From a virus (Duplodnaviria > Caudoviricetes), in the IMG/VR virus record IMGVR_UViG_3300012953_000037, positions 1 to 57,774 of that record: DNA of 57,774 nucleotides. One strand, written 5' to 3'. The translations under genes and the position numbers were made by a program. This document shows, one piece after another, positions 48,484 through 56,538 of this stretch (position 1 is its first letter; the number at the start of each line of letters is the position of its first letter). The notes beneath the pieces are model-generated. The model searched no databases. It was not told where the DNA came from and saw nothing but the letters and a program-made list of their open reading frames with translations.

Positions 48484-50211
48484 ATGAGTAATTTGTACAA
48501 AGACGCCATTGCCGATGCCCGAAAATTGAGAGAGACTGCGGAACAGAACGCCAAAAATCGAATTATCGAGGCGGTGACTCCAAAGCTCAGAAGATTAATC
48601 GAGCGACAAATAGCAGAAGGCGATGATGAAATTATCACTGACGATGAACTAGAAACTGGCCTTTTAGACGGCCCGGACGCTATGGACATGTTAGATGATA
48701 CAGATTCAGAAGAAGAATGGGAAGTGCCAGAAGCAGAACCAATGGATCTGGGACCGGATCCTGTCGACATTGAGTCTGATGGATTAGCTTCTTTGGAAGT
48801 CATTCCAGATGAAGAAGAAGAGGATGAAGAACCACAAGAGTTCGAAGATGAGTCACAGAACAAATCTGTTCACGTGAACATCACGGTGGAAGGGAAGAGA
48901 AATTATCTTCTCAGACATCGGGCCATTCGTTTGGTTAAAGCTTTGAGTGAAGCAAAAACACGAGCTCAGCGAAATAAAATTCGCAAAGAGTTGAAAGTTT
49001 TACGCTCTGCTCTTATAATTACAGAAAACAGCCAGAACAAACGACTGGCAAACAACTTATCAGTTATCTTAAAGGAGAGTAATACTATGAGACGACGTAA
49101 AAACAGCTGGTTGTTCGAAGGAAAGGACGGAGAAGCTGGCGAAGAGATGGAATTCGATGACATGGATTTCGAAGACGAAGAAGGCGAAGAAATCGAAGAA
49201 GAAGAAGGAAGCGACACCATCGAAGTAGATGCTGCTGCTCTTGAAGATGCTCTCGGTTTGGACCCTGGTACATTATCTGATGCTGGATCGGAAGATTTGG
49301 ATATGGAAGATGATGAAGACGAAGACATTGACTTTGAAGAAGAAGATGAAGAAGGCGAAGATGAAGATCTTGACCTTGAAGAATCTTACTCATCAATGAA
49401 AGAGTCTGATGACAAAGCTGCAGACGAAGACGAATGTTCTGAAGATGAAGTAGTTGAAGTGAACGAGGCTATGTTGCGTCGTGCTCTTGGTGCTTCTCGA
49501 AGACGTAGAACTCCAAGTCGTAGATCTTCACGATTATCTGAAACAAGACGAAGAAGAGTCGCTAGAGCACGACGTCGTAGACGATTGGCTGAAGGCGAAG
49601 CTAAAGCAATGGCATCATCTTTTGGTGGTGGAAAAGCTGGTAAGGACATGTTCGTTGAAGTCGACGAAAACACTCTTCTCAATGCTCTTGCTGAAGAATT
49701 AGGATCATACGGAAATTCAACCGCTAATCAAGGACAAGCTTCCAAGATGGCTGGTCACTTCGGTGGTGGTTCAATCAAAAAAGGCGCTGTTATGGAGTCA
49801 CGTCGTGCACGTAGAGCTCAAAGACAATTAGCCGAAACAAAGAAAATTGCAAGAAAGAATGCTCGAGTAGCTAAAGCTGCAAAAGCAGAACTTAAAGAAT
49901 CAAATTTATTCAATGCGAAATTACTGTTTGTCACTAAATTACTACAGTCGCATTCCCTAAACAACAAGCAACAGCGTGCTATTATCGAGGCGATGGACAA
50001 TGCCAAGACTCAACGCGAAGCCAAGTTGCTTTTCACCTCATTGAACGAATCTTTGAACAAAAAGAGTCTTAACGAATCTAAAAAGTCAAAGAAAACCCTC
50101 AATGAATCAAGAACTTCTTATTCTAACAGATCATTGCAGTCGGGACAGGCTCCTCGCAATAATGCAGTTGAGTTGGATCGTTGGGCTGTTCTTGCTGGTC
50201 TTAAAAAATAA
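48484..50211 (+). CDS. Prohead scaffolding/core protein (T4 gp22-like position, 575 aa)
   Basis: Immediately upstream of the MCP. Helical termini, long acidic and Arg-rich blocks, many LxE sites, C-terminal RWAVLAGL. Confidence 0.75.
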   Translation: MSNLYKDAIADARKLRETAEQNAKNRIIEAVTPKLRRLIERQIAEGDDEIITDDELETGLLDGPDAMDMLDDTDSEEEWEVPEAEPMDLGPDPVDIESDGLASLEVIPDEEEEDEEPQEFEDESQNKSVHVNITVEGKRNYLLRHRAIRLVKALSEAKTRAQRNKIRKELKVLRSALIITENSQNKRLANNLSVILKESNTMRRRKNSWLFEGKDGEAGEEMEFDDMDFEDEEGEEIEEEEGSDTIEVDAAALEDALGLDPGTLSDAGSEDLDMEDDEDEDIDFEEEDEEGEDEDLDLEESYSSMKESDDKAADEDECSEDEVVEVNEAMLRRALGASRRRRTPSRRSSRLSETRRRRVARARRRRRLAEGEAKAMASSFGGGKAGKDMFVEVDENTLLNALAEELGSYGNSTANQGQASKMAGHFGGGSIKKGAVMESRRARRAQRQLAETKKIARKNARVAKAAKAELKESNLFNAKLLFVTKLLQSHSLNNKQQRAIIEAMDNAKTQREAKLLFTSLNESLNKKSLNESKKSKKTLNESRTSYSNRSLQSGQAPRNNAVELDRWAVLAGLKK

Positions 50212-50242
50212 ACCTAATTTCAAAATTTAAAGGAGAACGATT

Positions 50243-52198
50243 ATGTCGTTTACAATGAAAACTTTGACCGAAGGTATCCGCCAGCGTCACATGGGTGCAC
50301 AACACCAACGATTGACTGAAAAGTGGAACCGAACTGGTCTACTTCGTGGCCTTAATGGTTATAGCCGCGAAAACATGGCAGTTATGCTTGAAAACCAAGC
50401 TGCTCAACTGCTTCGTGAAACAAATACTCTTGGAACTCCAAGCTCATCTGGTGACATTCGTGGTTTCCAAAACGTTGCATTCCCAATCGTACGTCGTGTA
50501 TTCGGTGGATTGGTTGCTAACGAATTGGTTTCTATTCAACCAATGTCTCTACCATCTGGTCTTTTGTTCTACTTAGATTACACCTACGGTACTGACCAAG
50601 GTGGCGCTGACAACGGTACTAACGGTACTACTGCTGCTACTTACGATGCAGGTACTTCTATCTATAACAACCCAACAGGTAAGGGAATTCAATCTGGTTC
50701 TTTGGCAACTGGTGGACAGTATGACCTTCTTGGTTCTGGTTATTCTCGTCGTCATGACGAAATGGCTCATGCTTTCATCGCTACTATGCCAGATGATGAA
50801 ACTGCTGACGGTGACATTGCGATCGCTGCTGTGAACGCATCTACTGCAGCACTTAATCTTGTTGGTCTAGACGGTCTAACTGCTCTTGGTGGTGCTACTT
50901 CTTTGACTGGCGCTGTTGGTCGATTGGTTGACTTTGACTCTGCGATTGCTCAGTATCTTGCTGACAACTCAGGTTCTAGTTTGCTTTTCTGTATTGTTGC
51001 TGTAGCTAACCTTGATGGTGATAATTACACTGCTAAGTTTGACTTGACAATGTTGCAAGACTTTGCTCTTTACGAAGTCAACTCAACTGTTGACATTGGC
51101 TGTGTTGATGCATCAGCTGCTGGTTTCCAAGGTGGAGACGCTATCCAAGGCCTTAGACGTCATGTGAAAAGAGTTGACGTTGCTGGTGATGCAGACGGTG
51201 GTAAGATCACTGTTAATCCTCTCGGTGGAAAATACATCTTGATCCCTGTACTTGTCGATGACTCTACAGCAACTCCTGCTGTTGGTGGTGTGTGTAATAT
51301 CAGTGCTCCTGTATCTTCTACTTTGGACATCGACGACAATGACGGTTCAGCTTTGACTATTCCTTCATTCGAATCTACTTTGACAGATAGTTCATCTCCA
51401 ACTCAAACACCTGTTATTCCTGAAATCGACATCAAAATCGAATCTCTTGCTGTGACAGCTGTTTCTCGTAAGTTGAAAGCTAAGTGGTCTCCAGAGCTTG
51501 CTCAAGATCTTAACGCTTACCACTCACTTGATGCGGAAGTTGAATTGACTCAAATCCTTTCTGAGCAAATTGCGCTTGAATTGGATCGTGAAGTACTCAA
51601 CGACCTTCTTACACAAGCTAACGGTGCTAACCTTTTCTGGTCACGTGCTCCTGGTAAGTTTGTTAATAAGTTGACTGGTGTTGAAGTTCCACGTAATACT
51701 TCTCTTCGCCCTGGACCTCAGTTCACTGGTACTGTAAGAGATTGGTACGAGACTCTTTGTGAGACTATCATCGACGCTGCTAACATTATTCACAGAAAAA
51801 CCCTTCGTGGTTCTGCGAACTTCATCGTTATCGGTCCTGATGTTGCTACAATCTTCGAATCAAGTGTTATGTACAAGCCTTCTTACTCTATCGACGGACA
51901 AGGTCAAGCTGGTGCATTGAGCATCGGTGCTGAGAAGATCGGTAATCTTTCTAACAGATTCACTGTTTACAAAGATCCTTACTTCCCACGCAACAAGGTT
52001 CTAATCGGATACAAAGGTGGCTCATACCTCGAAACAGGTTATGTGTATGCTCCATACGTACCTCTTATTGTCACTCCTACAATCTTCGCTCCTGAGGACT
52101 TCACCCCAAGAAAAGGTGTTATGACTCGCTACGGTAAGAAGATGGTTCGATCTGACTTCTACGGTACTGTCACTTGTTTGGATATGAACATCATCTAA
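50243..52198 (+). CDS. Major capsid protein (T4 gp23-like, 651 aa)
   Basis: gp23 motifs MAVMLENQ, FPIVRRVFGGLVANELVSIQPMSLPSGLLFYL, RKLKAKWSPELAQDLNAYHSLDAEVEL and GYVYAPYVPL...FTPRKGVMTRYG. AAGGAG RBS and strong codon bias. Confidence 0.97.
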   Translation: MSFTMKTLTEGIRQRHMGAQHQRLTEKWNRTGLLRGLNGYSRENMAVMLENQAAQLLRETNTLGTPSSSGDIRGFQNVAFPIVRRVFGGLVANELVSIQPMSLPSGLLFYLDYTYGTDQGGADNGTNGTTAATYDAGTSIYNNPTGKGIQSGSLATGGQYDLLGSGYSRRHDEMAHAFIATMPDDETADGDIAIAAVNASTAALNLVGLDGLTALGGATSLTGAVGRLVDFDSAIAQYLADNSGSSLLFCIVAVANLDGDNYTAKFDLTMLQDFALYEVNSTVDIGCVDASAAGFQGGDAIQGLRRHVKRVDVAGDADGGKITVNPLGGKYILIPVLVDDSTATPAVGGVCNISAPVSSTLDIDDNDGSALTIPSFESTLTDSSSPTQTPVIPEIDIKIESLAVTAVSRKLKAKWSPELAQDLNAYHSLDAEVELTQILSEQIALELDREVLNDLLTQANGANLFWSRAPGKFVNKLTGVEVPRNTSLRPGPQFTGTVRDWYETLCETIIDAANIIHRKTLRGSANFIVIGPDVATIFESSVMYKPSYSIDGQGQAGALSIGAEKIGNLSNRFTVYKDPYFPRNKVLIGYKGGSYLETGYVYAPYVPLIVTPTIFAPEDFTPRKGVMTRYGKKMVRSDFYGTVTCLDMNII

Positions 52199-52230
52199 TA
52201 TAGATGAGTTCGTCCAACAACGAATACATT

Positions 52231-52262
52231 GGGCGGCGTGTCTTAGACCGCCGCCCTTTTTT
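52231..52262 (+). terminator. Rho-independent terminator after the MCP
   Basis: GGGCGGCG / CGCCGCCC stem followed by TTTTTT. Confidence 0.85.
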
Positions 52263-52276
52263 CTTAGGAGAACACA

Positions 52277-52513
52277 ATGAAGATTACAAGAAAAGAATTG
52301 AAAAGAATTATTGCTGAAGAATACGCTGTTGTTTACGGCAAAGGCAAGAAAAGAACATCCTCAAAGAGAAAAACTTCTAGAAGAGTGAAGGCTCTGAATG
52401 AATGGACCAAGCGTGCATACAAGATCCTTCGTGAAGCTGGATACTCTAAGAAGGCTGCAAAGAAGAATGCGATAATCCTTCGAGAAAATCGTAAGAGACA
52501 ACTACTCAAATAA
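52277..52513 (+). CDS. Small highly basic protein (78 aa), candidate DNA-binding internal head protein
   Basis: AGGAG RBS. MKITRKELKRIIAEE followed by a K/R-rich body. Confidence 0.7.
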   Translation: MKITRKELKRIIAEEYAVVYGKGKKRTSSKRKTSRRVKALNEWTKRAYKILREAGYSKKAAKKNAIILRENRKRQLLK

Positions 52514-52536
52514 TTTCGAGAAAGTTTTCTTAATTC

Positions 52537-52578
52537 GGGTATTCCCTCGGTTTCGATCGGGAGAATACCCTTTTTTTT
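52537..52578 (+). terminator. Rho-independent terminator
   Basis: GGGTATTC / GAATACCC outer stem with a TTCG loop, followed by T8. Confidence 0.85.
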
Positions 52579-52623
52579 GTTTGAACAAACACGAGTTCCC
52601 GAGTATAGTATCCAATGTTCCGA

Positions 52624-52631
52624 TATAGTTA
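52624..52631 (+). promoter_or_regulatory. Putative late promoter variant TATAGTTA
   Basis: One mismatch to the octamer, just after a terminator, 99 nt before the ATG at 52723. Confidence 0.5.
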
Positions 52632-52722
52632 GTGTTAGGCCCGCTGCATAGCATATAGGTGACCTCGCCACCGCATCGGAATCTTGCGAACAAGTAATCT
52701 CAAACAATAATGGAGAAAAATT

Positions 52723-53082
52723 ATGCCAAAATTTACTTATAGTGCCTCAAAGGGCATTGAACAATCAAGCGGACAAGGCTTCTTCGTCCAAGACGTGCCC
52801 GTATCACCCTCTTCTGAAGAAATCGCTGATGCAAATTCAGCTTCAGACAATGAAGGTCTTGGTGTTGCAACTTTCGATACAAACGGAACTGCAATCACTC
52901 TAGAAGATGGCGTTGCTGTTGGCCAACAAAAAGTGATCGTCATTACAGGCGTTGGTGGAACTGGAAATGTTTATGAATCTGATGGCGCCACCCCAATCAC
53001 CGGATTGGACAACACAAACCTTGCAACTGGCAATGTGTATATCGTAGTTTGGACTGGCTCTGCTTGGAAGCTTCTTAGCTAA
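52723..53082 (+). CDS. Putative capsid decoration/virion protein (119 aa)
   Basis: GGAG RBS. Paralog of the next gene (MPK..Y...KG start, LxDGxxVG, WxGxAW end). Located downstream of the MCP. Confidence 0.55.
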   Translation: MPKFTYSASKGIEQSSGQGFFVQDVPVSPSSEEIADANSASDNEGLGVATFDTNGTAITLEDGVAVGQQKVIVITGVGGTGNVYESDGATPITGLDNTNLATGNVYIVVWTGSAWKLLS

Positions 53083-53101
53083 TTAACAATTAACAATTAA
53101 C
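53081..53101 (+). repeat. 7-bp tandem repeat (AATTAAC)x3
   Basis: Exact triple repeat in the gap between the two paralogs. Confidence 0.8.
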
Positions 53102-53116
53102 TTAAGGAGCATTCTT

Positions 53117-53935
53117 ATGCCAAAAGCAATATATACTATAGCGAAAGGATTATACCAATCAAGCGATACAAGTTCTGGTTTTGAAATCGATGCAGGAGTT
53201 TCTCATGAATGTTCTGCCGTTCCAAAAGCAGCTGTAAAACGAGTACGTATAATGCAGCAAAACGACGACAATGGCGGTGATTCTTTCGCTGACCTTGATG
53301 AGAAATTGATCACCCTTGGAAACATAGCATTCGAACTGGATGTCGATGGTGATGATGACCAAGCAGGTGGCGGCCAAGTGTCTATCCTATTAAATGGTTT
53401 GACCCTAGCTACTGACGACCCACACGACATTGCAGCTTTGATTGCAACAGCGATCAATAATAATGCCGACTCTTCGGCTTATTTTGCAATTGCTGATGCA
53501 GCAACGACTGATGCATCTGGTACGGGTGCTGAATCTACTGATGACTACGCAGATGTGACAATCTATGCCCACAACACAGGTATGACCTTCGATTTGAGTA
53601 CAACGATGGAAAGTACTCACGGTGCTGTCGCAAAAATCGATGGCCCGACATCTTCGACTAGAACTTTTGCTGGTTCTTTCTATCTTCCGGCAAGTCGAGA
53701 AGAAGATGAGTCAGATGTGAACGATGATGCACAACTAAACGTTGGAACCTTGCAAGATGGTGAGAATGTTGGAGAAACTGTTCTTTTGTTGAACAACTCG
53801 ACCAACAGACAAATGTACGTGGAATCAACTTTTTCTGGTGGGGCTTCTGCTGTACTAGATCAAGCAAGTGGCGTACTTCTCGCTTGGAATGGCGCAGCTT
53901 GGGCTGAAGTCAAATCCTACGGAACATGGTCTTAA
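53117..53935 (+). CDS. Putative capsid decoration/virion protein (272 aa)
   Basis: AAGGAG RBS. MPKAIYTIAKGL...LQDGENVGE...LAWNGAAW, with a central insertion relative to the 119-aa paralog. Confidence 0.55.
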   Translation: MPKAIYTIAKGLYQSSDTSSGFEIDAGVSHECSAVPKAAVKRVRIMQQNDDNGGDSFADLDEKLITLGNIAFELDVDGDDDQAGGGQVSILLNGLTLATDDPHDIAALIATAINNNADSSAYFAIADAATTDASGTGAESTDDYADVTIYAHNTGMTFDLSTTMESTHGAVAKIDGPTSSTRTFAGSFYLPASREEDESDVNDDAQLNVGTLQDGENVGETVLLLNNSTNRQMYVESTFSGGASAVLDQASGVLLAWNGAAWAEVKSYGTWS

Positions 53936-53964
53936 TTTAGTCATTGTCATTAATGATGACATAT

Positions 53965-54000
53965 ACCGCCTCTCTCTACGTGGGATTGGCGGTTTTCTTT
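53965..54000 (+). terminator. Rho-independent terminator
   Basis: ACCGCC / GGCGGT stem followed by TTTCTTT. Confidence 0.65.
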
Positions 54001-54019
54001 ACAAATTCACGTGTAAGTC

Positions 54020-54027
54020 TATAATTA
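54020..54027 (+). promoter_or_regulatory. Putative late promoter TATAATTA
   Basis: Exact octamer, 42 nt before the ATG at 54062. Confidence 0.65.
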
Positions 54028-54061
54028 GATACGAACACTAATTGTATTCAAGGAGAAAACA

Positions 54062-54466
54062 ATGGCCTATCAAAAGAAATCTACGTCCAAAGCGAAGTCA
54101 ACGAAACCAGCAAAAGCTAGCGAAGAAAAAGTTGAAACTTCTGCAGCGCCTGTTTCAGAAGAATGGTGCAAATCTTGTGACGCTAAAATCGAAGCATTAC
54201 AGAGCTCTGTATCTGCTTTGGAATCTAAATTAAAAGGTATCCTCGAGGGTATCGAAGCTGCATCTAAATTAAAAGCAGAACTCGACGAAGCAAAGTTGAA
54301 AATTTCTGCGGAAGTAAACGAACTTAAAGAAAAAGCTAAGTCTTGGAAAGAGAAAGCAGACTCAAATCAAGATGGATCTTTAGATTGGGAAGAGTTGTTC
54401 CAATACGTAATGCACAGAAAATCAGGAAGATCTGCTGCTCGAGCAAAACGGGACATCAAAAAATAA
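54062..54466 (+). CDS. Coiled-coil protein with a single EF-hand-like loop (134 aa)
   Basis: AAGGAG RBS, CKSC, heptad coiled coil. DSNQDGSLDWEE fits the 12-residue EF-hand loop consensus. Confidence 0.7.
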   Translation: MAYQKKSTSKAKSTKPAKASEEKVETSAAPVSEEWCKSCDAKIEALQSSVSALESKLKGILEGIEAASKLKAELDEAKLKISAEVNELKEKAKSWKEKADSNQDGSLDWEELFQYVMHRKSGRSAARAKRDIKK

Positions 54467-54633
54467 CTTATTTGAGTTTGCCACGTAAACGACAGCGTAG
54501 ACTGCGTAAAAATCGATAAGTAAAATAAATGAAAAATAACTCTTTTCGTATCAATGCGGGAGATTGCGTCTGCGACAGCTACCAATCTCCCGTGTCACTT
54601 TTGATGACCGAGGGAATGACGAGGGTGCTAGAC

Positions 54634-54641
54634 AATAGTTA
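54634..54641 (+). promoter_or_regulatory. Putative late promoter variant AATAGTTA
   Basis: 39 nt before the ATG at 54673, two mismatches to the octamer. Confidence 0.4.
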
Positions 54642-54672
54642 TACAGTGAACCCTTATTAGGAGAAACAAACA

Positions 54673-55887
54673 ATGGCTACTTTCACAAGTACGATCACAG
54701 CAGGTGGTAGTCCAACACCGTTTGGAATCTTCGATGGAGAAAAAGATTTCCAAATCGATGCAGATTCTATGGTCACGTTTGTTAAGAGAAAGTTAGGTGA
54801 TGATATACTCAGTGTCGAATTGACTAATAAGCAAATCTGGATGTCTTTTGAAGAAGGTGCATTAGAATATAGCAGAATCGTCAATGAGTATCAAACCAAG
54901 TCACAATTGGCCAATCTTCTTGGGAATGATTTGAATAAACAAGATGAGGGTGAAGGAAATCTAGATGGCGGACCTCAAGGAGCTGAAAGCAAATTTCCTA
55001 GAGAAACTTTAGAATTTCTCATGAGAAAAGCAGAGCCTTATGCTTCACACGCAGCCACAGGTGGGTCATTCAACATTTACTCTGGGTCAATTTCTTTAGT
55101 TGATGGCCAGCAAGACTATAATGTATACACAGACCTCATGATGGATGTAAATGGAGTAGAAACCCTAGCAGCCACGCAATTCTCCGGAAAGAAATTGAGA
55201 ATTTATGAGATCCTTCATTATTCTCCACAAGCTGCATACCGTTTCTTTGATACGACATCAGCGATCAACTACTTGAATAACGAGTTTGCCTTCGAATCAT
55301 TCACTCCGGAAACCGTATTTTACGTTCTGCCCGTATTTGAAGACCTTCTACGTGCACAGCAGATGGATATATCGAACCGTGTGAGAAGATCTAACTATTC
55401 ATACGAGTTGATCGGATCTAATATAAGGATTTTTCCTCGTCCAACAGTGTCGACAGAGAAGAAACTGTATATCAGATTTGCACCGCCTACCGATGGTTTG
55501 AATCCAGATCTTACAGACAATAGCATCGATGGTGTCTCCGGTATGCATAATGTTCCATTTGACAATATATTATATGCAAATATTAATTCAATGGGAAGAC
55601 AATGGATCCGACAATACACTTTCGCATTAAGCAAGGAAGTGCTCGGTCTAGTGCGTTCGAAATTTGGGTCGATTCCTATCCCGAATGGAGATCTATCGTT
55701 GAATGGGAGCGATCTCTTGTCGCAGGCACAGGGCGAAAAAGAAAAACTGATAACTAATCTTAAAGAGATGCTCGATTCATTAACATACGACAAGCTGCTA
55801 GAAACAAACGCAGCTGAGGCAGGCAACTTGCAAACAATCTTGAAAACAGTTCCAATTCCGTTAGGCAAAGTCATCACAATCGGATAG
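54673..55887 (+). CDS. Neck / head-tail adaptor protein (T4 gp13-like)
   Basis: KRKLG..ILSVELT..QI at the N-terminus and WIRQYTFALSKEVLG.VRSKF..IPIP.G...LNG..L at the C-terminus are gp13-like. Confidence 0.8.
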   Translation: MATFTSTITAGGSPTPFGIFDGEKDFQIDADSMVTFVKRKLGDDILSVELTNKQIWMSFEEGALEYSRIVNEYQTKSQLANLLGNDLNKQDEGEGNLDGGPQGAESKFPRETLEFLMRKAEPYASHAATGGSFNIYSGSISLVDGQQDYNVYTDLMMDVNGVETLAATQFSGKKLRIYEILHYSPQAAYRFFDTTSAINYLNNEFAFESFTPETVFYVLPVFEDLLRAQQMDISNRVRRSNYSYELIGSNIRIFPRPTVSTEKKLYIRFAPPTDGLNPDLTDNSIDGVSGMHNVPFDNILYANINSMGRQWIRQYTFALSKEVLGLVRSKFGSIPIPNGDLSLNGSDLLSQAQGEKEKLITNLKEMLDSLTYDKLLETNAAEAGNLQTILKTVPIPLGKVITIG

Positions 55888-55896
55888 GAGGCTGAC

Positions 55897-56538
55897 ATGT
55901 CACGATTATTCATAACCCCTAGAGAAATAGACTTTATCTCTGACATCGCTAAAGAAATAACGAAAGATGTCATTGGTGACGTGATCTATTATTACAAGGT
56001 TAGAGAAGATGTTTCGAAAGTTCACGATGTTTACGAAGAAGCCCAAGAAAAAGTGTTTGATCCACCTGTTGAAATAGATGCAAGAGTACAATGGAACCCA
56101 AAAGAAGTTCGAACTGATCGATTTGGTCACGAAGGAATATATACTACAGAAGTTTATATCCACTATCGAGACATGATCGACAGAGGAATAAAATTAGAAG
56201 AAGGAGATTACTTCTCGTATGGAGATAACTTCTTCGAGATAACTTCAATCGTGTATGACAAGGTTATCTTTGGGCAAGTCGAGCACATCAGCGGATACAC
56301 TCTCAAAGGCAAGCAAGCACGTAAAGGACAAATTAATGTTAAACCACTTGGTCCCACAGAAGAGATATACTCAGATACGGATGCAATCAAAGAAGAGTTT
56401 GTACAACAACGTGGTGATGCCACAAAAGGTGACAAGCGAGCTTTGGTCGACCAAGAAAAGGTTGATAATTCTACGCAAGTAGCACAAGAAATTAAGAAAG
56501 ATTCTGTATCTTCTTCGTTTTATGGAGATGATACATGA
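55897..56538 (+). CDS. Head closure / neck protein (T4 gp14-like)
   Basis: Position after the gp13-like gene. IG..IYYY...DVYEE...FG...EGDY.....NFFEI pattern. GGAGG RBS. Confidence 0.65.
   Translation: MSRLFITPREIDFISDIAKEITKDVIGDVIYYYKVREDVSKVHDVYEEAQEKVFDPPVEIDARVQWNPKEVRTDRFGHEGIYTTEVYIHYRDMIDRGIKLEEGDYFSYGDNFFEITSIVYDKVIFGQVEHISGYTLKGKQARKGQINVKPLGPTEEIYSDTDAIKEEFVQQRGDATKGDKRALVDQEKVDNSTQVAQEIKKDSVSSSFYGDDT

Noticed and set aside
40701-52198. Inteins or introns in TerL, portal or MCP
   Set aside because: Motifs are colinear, and I saw no intein splice-junction motifs or homing endonuclease. Extra length is explained by a tail or an insertion domain.
52186-52211. Hairpin over the MCP stop codon (GAAC-A-TCATCTA/TAGATGA-GTTC)
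   Set aside because: AT-rich and adjacent to a clear terminator. No read-through frame or other evidence of a separate function.
54529-54660. 43-codon ORF (MKNNSFRINAGDCVCD...) in the intergenic region
   Set aside because: No SD in an SD-rich genome, and it overlaps the hairpin and the promoter variant.
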